Below, piece by piece: positions 1 to 10,075 of a stretch of DNA of 64,000 nt. Positions within the stretch are counted from its first letter, which is position 1. Every line of letters begins with the position of its first letter. A program made the translations under genes and the position numbers. The notes under the pieces are model-generated. The model was given only the letters and a program-made list of their open reading frames with translations. It was not told the origin of the DNA and made no database searches. The DNA comes from Tubulanus polymorphus (lineage: Eukaryota > Animalia > Nemertea), in the NCBI RefSeq assembly GCF_964204645.1, contig NC_134030.1, forward strand, positions 17,940,210-18,004,209, read 5' to 3'.

Positions 1-64
1 TGCACACATTAACAGCATAATCGTATATTCTATTTAACGGAATATCAACTCGGGATAAACGTAC

Positions 65-127
65 CTTCTGTTGTTTGAGTTTTGCCTTCAGATCACTGAC
101 CGCCGATCTTAGTTCGTTGTTTTTCTC
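65..127 (-). CDS. 63-nt phase-0 exon of a multi-exon host coiled-coil protein gene (EKNNELRSAVSDLKAKLKQQK); duplicate at 7376-7438
   Basis: ttccag acceptor, gtac donor, heptad-like translation. Confidence 0.5.
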
Positions 128-1864
128 CTGGAATATAAAGAAATGAAATGTACTTAACTACATAATAGATATACAGGCTCTAATAGGCTGATGCTAAATT
201 CTATAATTTAGTCTAAAATTATAACGATTCTAAAAATTCAATACCTTTATTTTGACAAGATTTTCATTCAATATAGCATTTCTTTCTGTGTTCGTGACCT
301 ATAATTAGAAATTTTATCACGTTATCATAATCAACGACATAACAGTGGGTACTAAATGGAAAAACTGTTGGAATATGCGACAATTACCTTTTCAGTGAAA
401 GCTCGATGATTGGATTGTGGTGTCGTTTCATCACCTTTTGTTGGTTTTCATTGATGTTCTAGGGCAAACAAACACTAGATTTAATTAATCGAATTTTACG
501 TATGACAGATGTGAATAGGACGGTCTCTCGGTGTTGCATGTTAAGGTAACGTTTTTTTGGTCATAATTACCTGATTTTCGTCAACACTTTCCTCCTCCGT
601 CTCATCTACTGACATATTGTCTTTTCCCGATATTTCGTTCCTATCGATATCGGTTTAAGAAAGTAAAAAACATCAATTTTTGCACATGCATTAAGGAAAT
701 TTATAAAATGATTTCGAGTGACGATTTTATTCACCGAATATCGTTCTTTTACTTACGCGCAAGTTTCCAAGAGAGTGGATAAATCCATCGCCCCCCTTGC
801 CATATCGACGAACACAGTCCGTAACCTGCGCTGATCTTGTTTTTATCCCAAGTCCTTGGAGTAATAAGGTTTCAGTCTTATTACTCCAAGCCGAGTCTAA
901 CCCTATTGGAGGACTGTTGACGGCGAGATTGCGACCCATACGAAGTGTTGGCGGCAGGCAACCACCCAGCAGGACTCGAAACCGCCTGCCATTCAATCCC
1001 TCTGATTAAACCCTTACCTTAAAAAAATATCAATCAAATATCAATAGTGCATGTTGTACATACCTACAGGACGGGTGCATGTATACACGACATATGACCT
1101 GTTATAGCACTCGTTGACTACGAGAGGTTTGAATGTGAAATCGCAATCGTTTTTCAATTCGCAATCACTTCTTGCTTTTCCCCACGTTGGGCTGAGCTGG
1201 TTGAATATATTGCGGGGCCAGGCCTGTAGAAAACCAATTTGTATTTGCAATTCAATTAACAAGGTATAGGTCGTCATCTGTGGAAGACGTGTCATAAGTC
1301 CCAATTAGATTTCTTACTTTTAATTAGATTAAATTCATTAAGTGCAAGCAATCATTTTGATAATTGATCTTCTTTCTAATTCAATCTATTAGATGTTATT
1401 CATGATTATGATAAGCTGTCACAGTGCGGAAGTCATTTTCTATTTTGAGTCTCAATTTGTATTCAAAATAATTCGATTTACTAAGTGTAAGTCGACATCT
1501 GCAATAGTTGGCAAGATAATTGTCGTTTAAACTGAGATGGCTTATGTTAGGTTTTATATTGGAGCTAGGGTACTATTACAAATAAAGAGATTATGATTTC
1601 AAAGAGGCGTTGCCTCATTTTTCAGCGTACAGTTCTCGGAACTGCTGGCGTCCTCCGGTCCAGACAGCCATTGTATCATATGGATTGGCATATCGTTCAG
1701 ACAGGAGAGAGATATTTGGTAGGGCGACGACGCCGCGGCATATACATCTAAAATAGAGACAATTATTGATGAAACACTGTGAGTCCGCGTTGTAAAGATA
1801 ATGTTAAATCCCTGCACACTAAGAATAAAAAGAGTCTGAAATGTTTCCTTGAGCTTGTGTAGTT

Positions 1865-1908
1865 TATTCAACGTTTCGACTATATCCTAATAGTCATCTT
1901 CAGGAATA
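1865..1908 (-). ncRNA. Minimal type I hammerhead ribozyme (Penelope/retrozyme type)
   Basis: Minus strand: stem I TATTC, core CTGAAGA(T), stem II GACTA-loop-TAGTC, GAAA, palindromic stem III ACGT, GTT cleavage triplet, stem I' GAATA. Confidence 0.7.
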
Positions 1909-2528
1909 CTGATGTTATCCTTATTATAACCATTGATGAAACACTGTGAGCCCGTGTTGTGAAGATAGTATAAAATCCCTGTACTAGGAATAAAAACGTG
2001 TCCCACTGGTCACCTTCGTAAGTCTGAAGTAACACTACTTACATAATGCGGCCTTTGTTGCTCTATCATCTAAACATCGATGTCATTTATTTCAAATGGT
2101 TATAATATCGACGTATGGAATAGATTAGATAGTACATGAAACAGCTAAAATCTAAAAGGTGAAGAAAGTTCAAATTGATATATTACACCTCGGTTCAGAC
2201 AGTTGAATTTGAGCAACTTTCCTCACGTTGTACTACTGTGCCTGAATATCTAATCGGTTTCATTTGTTTTTCCCAGTATCCGTATAGGACCGGTCATTCG
2301 ACATCTGACTGTATATTTCCCCTGAAATCTAATTCAGTCACTTTATATAATAGCGAATTCGTCTCTAAGAAATGATGAACATAGCTTTCGCAAAACAAGA
2401 CTTTATTAGTATCTCTGTGAATTTCCGCAACATTTTGGTCAATAGTAATTAGAAAAGTAGGCTTTCAGGCCAGAGTACGAGAGTACTAAACACCACTCAT
2501 CACCACAAGTAATTTTTTTCCCTAATAA

Positions 2529-2703
2529 ATGGGAGACAGTGAGTTCCAACTAGAAAACAATAATGTCAATAAAAATCAATATTATTGTCCATATTGTAAA
2601 AAATACATCGATAAACCTTACATGGAAAATGTTAGAAATTATATTGATTCATTAGAAATAAAAGATACAATTGAAATTTTAGAAATATTACGTAGTAAAA
2701 TTG
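2529..2703 (+). pseudogene. 5' remnant of Maverick pPolB
   Basis: Matches 56618-56704 joined to 56996-57083; in-frame 291-bp deletion at ATAAA microhomology, then truncated. Confidence 0.9.
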
Positions 2704-2944
2704 TGACACACATAAACAGTGAGTGCGCGTAACAACAGCTGTGTGTGGATAGATCGATACAGTGAGTCTCTACTGAGAACGGTTATTAATGTGAGTGCTA
2801 TTACTGTAGTACAGTGATTGCGTGTCAACTGTACCCGGATAAATAGATGCTGTGAGGCTTGGGTGAGAACGGTTAATAGCGTGCTTGTTATATAGGGGGA
2901 AGTAATCCCCACTCATCACCACAAGTAATTTGTTTTCCTTATAA

Positions 2945-3271
2945 ATGGGAGATAGAAAAGCATTCTTAGCAACAATAAATAACAGAATAAAACCAGCAAA
3001 AAAACAATTTGAAATAAAAAAGTTAGTTGATGTTACAAAAGAAATTGAACATAAATTATTGAAATTAGAAAAGATAAAAACTAAATATGGAGAGAAAGTA
3101 TCAGCTAATTTAAGCTACTGTAATGTTAGTACATCGCGAGAATTTAAAGTGTTTTTACCCGATAAATGGGTTTCATTGAGTATGGAGGAATTGAAAGATT
3201 TAGTAGGATTTAAAATAATATATCATGGGAAAAATGAAGACGGTCATCATGATTTAGAAATTGTTGATTAA
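2945..3271 (+). CDS. Maverick hypothetical protein (108 aa)
   Basis: Intact ORF with element-like codon usage, preceded by the conserved ACTCATCACCACAAGTAA...TAAATG motif. Confidence 0.7.
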   Translation: MGDRKAFLATINNRIKPAKKQFEIKKLVDVTKEIEHKLLKLEKIKTKYGEKVSANLSYCNVSTSREFKVFLPDKWVSLSMEELKDLVGFKIIYHGKNEDGHHDLEIVD

Positions 3272-3430
3272 ATTTTTAAAAAAATAAATTAATAAAAATA
3301 ATGAATATCTAGAATCCGAAATGACTTATCTGGACAATTTAATTGCTCCACATAGATAGACAAAAGTAGTGAGATATTCAATTATTTTTTTTCATACTCA
3401 TCACCACAAGTAATTTTTTTTCCCTAATAA

Positions 3431-3935
3431 ATGGAACTAGAACAACTACAAACTATCAATATTACAAATAACACTGGTGTTATAAACATATACTACAAGA
3501 AGTGTTCTAAATGTGAATTAGATAAATTAGCTTTAATAGAATTTAGTAAGATTAACGCAATTATTCAACAAAGAAACACATTCAGAAACACTATCTAATT
3601 TGTTGGGTTGTTCAGATGAATTTCTCAAATCATGGATAATATATCAATTCGACAATAAAATGAATATAGATAATTATGGTGAATACTTTCATATTGATCA
3701 TGTGTTGCCGATTTCTAAATTTGATATGAATGATGAATATGATAAGAAGCTAATCTGGAACTGGAGAACTTTAAGACCTTTAGAAAAGAAAGAAAATATA
3801 ATTAAATCTAACAAACTAGATATGAAATTATATTTAGATCAACTGGAAAAAACAAAAAAATTTATTGAATTATGGAACAATAATCCAAATAATGAACGAT
3901 ACGTTGAGGAATTTGATATCAAGGATCCGAAATGA
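3431..3935 (+). pseudogene. HNH endonuclease of the giant-virus type (N-terminal CxxC; frameshifted or deleted near 3550)
   Basis: Start at TAAATG 3431 (KKCSKC); C-terminal LGCS..QF..NYGEYFHIDHVLPISKF..LRPLEKKENIIKSNK. Confidence 0.7.
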
Positions 3936-3972
3936 CTTATCTGGATAATTTAATTGCCGCACAGTGAGATAT

Positions 3973-4344
3973 TTAATTATTTTTTGGTTTTTTTTCTAAA
4001 ATATTAATCCATTTTTTTATTATAAATTTTGGAATTTCAGAAGTACTTTCATTTTTGATAGCAGTTGGTTCAGAATTACTAATATCATGAATTTTATTTG
4101 ATTTCTTATACCAATTACACCCAATCAAAATGAATACAATTACAAATCCAACTGTAAAATATAAATATTTATCAAATATTCTACTATCAGAAGGAGTAGA
4201 AATAACAATATTTTCACCATTTTTATTACTTATTTTTTCTTTTACAGCTTTTTTATATTCTTGTGATTTAATTCCTAATTGTCGAGACCATTCAATTTGT
4301 TTCTGAGTTCTCGGTTTTTTCTTCACTTCTTTCACCTCGCTCAT
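3973..4344 (-). CDS. Maverick small basic membrane protein
   Basis: Lys-rich N-terminus and one hydrophobic segment (LYFTVGFVIVFILIG); TAAATG start. Confidence 0.65.
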   Translation of the reverse strand: MSEVKEVKKKPRTQKQIEWSRQLGIKSQEYKKAVKEKISNKNGENIVISTPSDSRIFDKYLYFTVGFVIVFILIGCNWYKKSNKIHDISNSEPTAIKNESTSEIPKFIIKKWINILEKKPKNN

Positions 4345-4882
4345 TTATTATAGAAATATTTTTACTTTCAATATTTGAAAATGTTATAACTCCAGTTGAT
4401 AATAATGTCATAAATCCACCTAATTGAAATGATAAATATCCAATCCATTTATTTAATTCAGTCATAACTAAATAATCATTTTTTAAATCAGAATATAATC
4501 TATTTTCATCTTCAATTGGTAGTATATAATTACATAATTTACTATAACCTTTTACTACATTTTCTGATATCGCGTCATTAATTCTAGCTGTTCTCGCGGA
4601 TTCATAAATCTTAAATAATCTAATAATTTCATCTGATTTCATTGTATCTAATTCATTATAAGTTAAATTTTTACTGACAAAATTTTTACATTTTCCAGAT
4701 GCTATTAATATTTCTAATTGATGTTTACAATAAAGATAATATTCATAATTATTATTTGTTGTAACATTATTTAAAGCACCATCATCTGGAGTTAATTTTG
4801 TTTCTGTTATTCCTAAATCATCTAAAGTTTTTTCAATTGGAACATCACCATTTTTAGATTTTATTTTCTTTTCACCTCCCAT
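4292..4882 (-). CDS. Maverick hypothetical protein (196 aa)
   Basis: Intact ORF with TAAATG start and a C-terminal hydrophobic stretch, downstream of the ATPase. Confidence 0.7.
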   Translation of the reverse strand: MGGEKKIKSKNGDVPIEKTLDDLGITETKLTPDDGALNNVTTNNNYEYYLYCKHQLEILIASGKCKNFVSKNLTYNELDTMKSDEIIRLFKIYESARTARINDAISENVVKGYSKLCNYILPIEDENRLYSDLKNDYLVMTELNKWIGYLSFQLGGFMTLLSTGVITFSNIESKNISIINERGERSEEKTENSETN

Positions 4883-4913
4883 TTATATAACAAACAAATT
4901 AGTTGTGTTGTTG

Positions 4914-5165
4914 CAACTAGAATTCAACTAGAATGTAACTAGAATTCAACTAGATTAACAAGCTAGTTGAAATATTGTTGTTTTTGTTTATTTCTAGTTA
5001 CATTCTAGTTGATTTTTGTTTCAACTACTAACAACTAGAATTCAACTAGAATGTAACTAGAATTAAACTAGATTAACAAGCTAGTTAAAATATTGTTAAA
5101 TCTATTTGATTTTTGTTACAACTACTAATAACCAGAATTCAACTAGATTAACAAGCTAGTTGAAT
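4914..5165. repeat. Intergenic array of ~11-bp AACTAGAATTC/AACTAGAATGT units in direct and inverted orientation
   Basis: Repeated caactagaattcaactagaatgtaactagaattcaactagattaacaagctagtt blocks; inverted copy at ~4991-5014. Confidence 0.85.
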
Positions 5166-5774
5166 TTAAATAAATTCATATTTAAATGGGTGTTGTAATC
5201 TAAATAGTAATTTTGATCTTTTAATATTTTTCAACTTATCCATATATTCATTATGTAAATCATGTGGAATAATATCATTTTCCTCAAGTGCATTTTTCAT
5301 CGATTTTCTATCTTTATTGTAGAATAAAACTAGAAATCTAATGTTTTCTCTAAAGTCTTTAACAATTGAATTATATTTTTGATTTAAAACCCAAGTTGTT
5401 ATCCCAAAATGTCTGCCAGAAAAAGCTAAATAACATAACTCACTTTCTCTAACTTTTGAATCATGTAGATTAGCACAATCATCTATAATGAATAATGTAT
5501 TTGATCCTTTATAAATATCAATTGCTATTTTTATACAATTATCTAAATTTTCTTTTACTGTTTTAGGATCTAATATAATAAATTTATTATTTCTAGTAAT
5601 ATTTCTATCATAAGTTTGATTAAATTCATATGTTGGACAAAATAATACTATATTATCAAAATAGTTTTCGTAAACAGTTTCTAATAAATTTAATATAAAA
5701 TAAGTTTTTCCACAATTTGTTACACCAGAAATTAACATATTATGAGGCTCAAATATGAATAATTCCTTATTCAT
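5166..5774 (-). CDS. A32/FtsK-HerA family genome-packaging ATPase
   Basis: Walker A GVTNCGKT, Walker B LFIIDD, SGRHFGIT..LNQ motif typical of Polinton and poxvirus A32 ATPases. Confidence 0.92.
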   Translation of the reverse strand: MNKELFIFEPHNMLISGVTNCGKTYFILNLLETVYENYFDNIVLFCPTYEFNQTYDRNITRNNKFIILDPKTVKENLDNCIKIAIDIYKGSNTLFIIDDCANLHDSKVRESELCYLAFSGRHFGITTWVLNQKYNSIVKDFRENIRFLVLFYNKDRKSMKNALEENDIIPHDLHNEYMDKLKNIKRSKLLFRLQHPFKYEFI

Positions 5775-6860
5775 TTATATATTTTTAATTTTACTTGATA
5801 ATATCCATTCATTGAATTTATCTGGCCATCCAACCCATTTTACTAAAGAATATTTTTTTCTTTTAACAGTTTTTGTTTTTAGTACTTTTTCAATTTTATA
5901 TTCTTGTTCTAGATTTTCAGTAGTTAAACTTAATTCTTCTTCGTAAAAGTAGCCATCAACTTCTTCACCATCTAAATCTTCTAATTTATAGACATATGGT
6001 TTTGTTGTTATTACCTTTTTTATTTTATATATTTCTCTAGTAAAATTTCGATCGTATCCTTTGTCAAATATCTTTTTATACTTAGAAATTCTAACATTTT
6101 GACCAACTTTAAATTTAGGTTCACCAAAATCATCTACAAGAAATGCTCCATATAAATTATTCCAAACAATTTCAGCATTTTCAGGTTTTCTAGCATCAAT
6201 AGGTTTCATTCCAATAGAAGAATGATAAGAATTATTATATCCTTCTATAAATTTTGGTAAAACATCAATCCATTTATAAGTATTATTTGCTGTGAAATAT
6301 TTTGATATTCTTGTTCTCAATGTTCTATTAAATCGTTCAACAACTGCTGCTTTTTTATTAGATTTTGTCGAAAAATATTTAATATTATGAAAATCCAAAA
6401 GTCCATGAACTAATGAATTATCAAATTCTTTTCCATCATCAAATTGTATTTTTTCTGGTTTTAGTTTACCACCTGAAAGAAATTTTCTTAAAACATGTGA
6501 TGTTTGTGCAGCATCTTTTCTATAAAGTGGGAAGCTCCATACATAACGACTAAAAATATCAATTATATTCAATATCCACCAATAATCATTATTATCTTTT
6601 TTAAGATTTTTCATATCAATTAAATCTCCTTGCCACTGTTGATCTACATAACTTACCATAGTTTTACGAGTTTTATATTTTCTAACAATTTTTTTATGTG
6701 TTGTATATGTTGGTTGTTCTAACATAAATTCATTTATATCTTTGTATTTAACTAAATTTTGTGGGATTATCTTATCTAATTTATCTTGTTTTACTTTACG
6801 CCATATATTTTTAGTAGAAGAATAAGCAACCGAACTCTCAGGGTTCTTCTTATATTGCCT
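5775..6860 (-). CDS. Maverick retroviral-like (rve) integrase with C-terminal chromodomain; native start lost
   Basis: DDE core WQGDLID / IQFDDGKEF / VVERFNRTL; chromodomain YKIEKVL..LVKWVGWPDKFNEWI. The frame stays open into host-like DNA up to 6992. Confidence 0.92.
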   Translation of the reverse strand, partial: RQYKKNPESSVAYSSTKNIWRKVKQDKLDKIIPQNLVKYKDINEFMLEQPTYTTHKKIVRKYKTRKTMVSYVDQQWQGDLIDMKNLKKDNNDYWWILNIIDIFSRYVWSFPLYRKDAAQTSHVLRKFLSGGKLKPEKIQFDDGKEFDNSLVHGLLDFHNIKYFSTKSNKKAAVVERFNRTLRTRISKYFTANNTYKWIDVLPKFIEGYNNSYHSSIGMKPIDARKPENAEIVWNNLYGAFLVDDFGEPKFKVGQNVRISKYKKIFDKGYDRNFTREIYKIKKVITTKPYVYKLEDLDGEEVDGYFYEEELSLTTENLEQEYKIEKVLKTKTVKRKKYSLVKWVGWPDKFNEWILSSKIKNI

Positions 6861-7230
6861 AAAATTAGTGTATAGCGAGTTATCATTCAACTTAAAATCT
6901 ATCTCTTGTACGTGCTGGTCTCGGAGTACACATTTTAATTTCTTTGAGAGTGTCATAGAGTTAACCAGACTCAAACCGGTACGTAGCGCCGCCTGGATAT
7001 TTTGCGTTTAACTAAAGCGTATTCTGTTTCGCACATAAACCATGATATACCGGGTACTGTGAATATAACAAAAAGATGAATAGTTTATCTGCAGTTGGGT
7101 TTCTAGTTCGTTTATTTTAGCCTCGAGGCACTCCTTTTCTTTCTGAATAAAAACGAAATGATTGTTTTTAGTTCCATGTAGTTCAAATATATCAGATAAT
7201 TAAGCCTACACATTCGGTTTAAATGCCTAC

Positions 7231-7293
7231 CTCCAAAACTGATATTGTATGGTCACAGTTCTTGAGTTTGAACAGCGTCTCTGAATTCACACC
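7231..7293 (-). CDS. 63-nt phase-0 exon of the same host gene (GVNSETLFKLKNCDHTISVLE)
   Basis: ttgtag acceptor, gtaggc donor; the next exon-like segment 7089-7142 reads KEKECLEAKINELETQLQ. Confidence 0.45.
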
Positions 7294-7311
7294 CTACAAT
7301 TGAACGACGAA

Positions 7312-9918
7312 TGCACACATTAACAGCATAATCGTATATTCTATTTAACGGAATATCAACTCGGGATAAACGTACCTTCTGTTGTTTGAGTTTTGCCTTC
7401 AGATCACTGACCGCCGATCTTAGTTCGTTGTTTTTCTCCTGGAATATAAAGAAATGAAATGTACTTAACTACATAATAGATATACAGGCTCTAATAGGCT
7501 GATGCTAAATTCTATAATTTAGTCTAAAATTATAACGATTCTAAAAATTCAATACCTTTATTTTGACAAGATTTTCATTTAATATAGCATTTCTTTCTGT
7601 GTTCGTGACCTATAATTAGAAATTTTATCACGTTATCATAATCAACGACATAACAGTGGGTATTGAATGGAAAAACTGTTGGAATATGCGACCATTACCT
7701 TTTCAGTGAAAGCTCGATGATTGGATGGTGCTGTCGTTTCATCATCTTTTGTTGGTTTTCATTGATGTTCTAGGGCAAACAAACACTAGATTTAATTAAT
7801 CGAATTTTACGTATGACAGATGTGAATAGGACGGTCTCTCGGTGTTGCATGTTAAGGTAACGTTTTTTTGGTCATAATTACCTGATTTTCGTCAACACTT
7901 TCCTCCTCCGTCTCATCTACTGACATATTTTCTTTTCCCGATATTTCGTTCCTATCGATATCGGATTAAGAAAGTAGAAAACATCAATTTTTGCACATGC
8001 ATTAAGGAAATTTATAAAATGATTTCGAGTGACGATTTTATTCACCGAATATCGTTCTTTTACTTACGCGCAAGTTTCCAAGAGAGTGGATAAATCCATC
8101 GCCCCCCTTGCCATATCGACGAACACAGTCCGTAACCTGCGCTGATCTTGTTTTTATCCCAAGTCCTTGGAGTAATAAGGTTTCAGTCTTATTACTCCAA
8201 GCCGAGTCTAACCCTATTGGAGGACTGTTGACGGCGAGATTGCGACCCATACGAAGTGTTGGCGGCAGGCAACCACCCAGCAGGACTCGAAACCGCCTGC
8301 CATTCAATCCCTCTGATTAAACCCTTACCTTAAAAAAATATCAATCAAATATCAATAGTGCATGTTGTACATACCTACAGGACGGATGCATGTATACACG
8401 ACATATGACTTGTTATAGCACTCGTTGACTACGAGAGGTTTGAATGTGAAATCGCAATCGTTTTTCAATTCGCAATCACTTCTTGCTTTTCCCCACGTTG
8501 GGCTGGGCTGGTTGAATATATTGCGGGGCCAGGCCTGTAGAAAACCAATTTGTATTTGCAATTCAATTTACAAGGTATAGGTCGTCATCTAAGACGTGTC
8601 ATAAGTCCCAATTAGATTTCTTACTTTTAATTAGATTAAATTCATTAAGTGCAAGCAATCATTTTGATAATTGGTCTTCTTTCTAATTCAATCTATTAGA
8701 TGTTATTCATGATTATGATAAGCTGTCACAGTGCGGAAGTCATTTTCTATTTTGAGTCTCAATTTGTATTCAAAATAATTCGATTTACTAAGTGTAAGTC
8801 GACATCTGCAATAGTTGGCAAGATAATTGTCGTTTAAACTGAGATGGCTTATGTTAGGTTTTATATTGGAGGTAGGGTACTATTACAAATAAAGAGATTA
8901 TGATTTCAAAGAGGCGTTGCCTCATTTTTCAGCGTACAGTTCTCGGAACTGCTGGCGTCCTCCGGTCCAGACAGCCATTGTATCATATGGATTGGCATAT
9001 CGTTCAGACAGGAGAGAGATATTTGGTAGGGCGACGACGCCGCGGCATATACATCTAAAATAGAGACAATTATTGATAAAACACTGTGAGTCCGCGTTGT
9101 AAAGATAATGTTAAATCCCTGCACACTAAGAATAAAAAGAGTCTGAAATGTTTCCTTGAGCTTGTGTAGTTTATTCAACGTTTCGACTATATCCTAATAG
9201 TCATCTTCAGGAATACTGCTGTTATCCTTATTATAACCATTGATGAAACACTGTGAGTCCGTGTTGTGAAGATAGTATAAAATCCCTGCACACTAAGAAT
9301 AAAAAGAGTCTGAAATGTTTCCTTGAGCTTGTGTAGTTTATTCAACGTTTCGACTATATCCTAATAGTCATCTTCAGGAATACTGCTGTTATCCTTATTA
9401 TAACCATTGATGAAACACTCTGAGTCCGTGTTGTAAAGATAGTATAAAATCCCTGTACTAGGAATAAAAACGTGTCCCACTGGTCACCTTCGTAAGTCTG
9501 AAGTAACACTACTTACATCAATGCGGCCTTTGTTGCTCTATCATCTAAACATCGATGTCATTTATTTCAAATGGTTATAATATCGACGTATGGAATAGAT
9601 TAGATAGTACATGAAACAGCTAAAATCTAAAAGGTGAAGAAAGTTCAAATTGATATATTACACCTCGGTTCAGACAGTTGAATTTAAGCAACTTTCCTCA
9701 CGTTGTACTACTGTGCCTGAATATCTAATCGGTTTCATTTGTTTTTCCCAGTATCCGTATAGGACCGGTCATTCGACATCTGACTGTATATTTCCCCTGA
9801 AATCTAATTCAGTCACTTTATATAATAGCGAATTCGTCTCTAAGAAATGATGAACATAGCTTTCGCAAAACGAGACTTTATTAGTATCTCTGTGAATTTC
9901 CGCAACATTTTGGTCAAT
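7312..9918 (+). repeat. Segmental duplication, copy B (no Maverick at the junction)
   Basis: Matches 1-2443, has one extra 167-bp repeat unit, and continues ggtcaat|ccacgaag instead of ggtcaat|agtaattag. Confidence 0.95.
9073..9455 (-). repeat. 167-bp tandem repeat (~2.3 units), each full unit with a hammerhead (9172-9215, 9339-9382); ~1.3 units at 1766-1985
   Basis: Direct repeats starting attgatgaaacactgtgagtcc, period 167 bp. Confidence 0.8.
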
Positions 9919-10075
9919 CCACGAAGATGTGAGTCGACTATTTCATAGGGTCAATAAGTTGACACAATGGGATCGTATTAAATGTTGCATTTCAATTAAT
10001 TTTCGTGAATGCAAATGAGAAAATTGATACACTTAATGTTAACCATTCTCATAACTTGCTAGATTCGAAGCAAAA

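Larger units (their letters stand above)
1..2443 (+). repeat. Segmental duplication, copy A (begins upstream of the window)
   Basis: Near-identical to 7312-9918 (offset 7311 at the left end); identity stops at ...cattttggtcaat, where the Maverick begins in copy A. Confidence 0.95.
2444..6850. mobile_element. Maverick/Polinton copy 1, internally deleted, right end missing
   Basis: Terminus AGTAATTAGAA shared with 56503; pPolB 5' remnant, integrase and packaging ATPase; strongly AT-rich, intronless, tightly packed ORFs. Right boundary approximate. Confidence 0.9.

Noticed and set aside
2474-2487. AGTACGAGAG resembles the rRNA sarcin-ricin loop; the reverse strand has TGATGA...GAAA like a hammerhead
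   Set aside because: No flanking rRNA similarity; the hammerhead C3 and stem II closing pair are missing. Treated as a terminal hairpin only.
2495-3433. Repeated ACTCATCACCACAAGTAA as a CRISPR-like array
   Set aside because: Spacing is irregular and hundreds of bp, each copy ends at an ATG, there are no cas genes, and the context is eukaryotic.
6861-6974. Annotated TTG start and first ~38 residues of the integrase ORF
   Set aside because: Host-like composition and no TAAATG motif; probably not the native integrase N-terminus.
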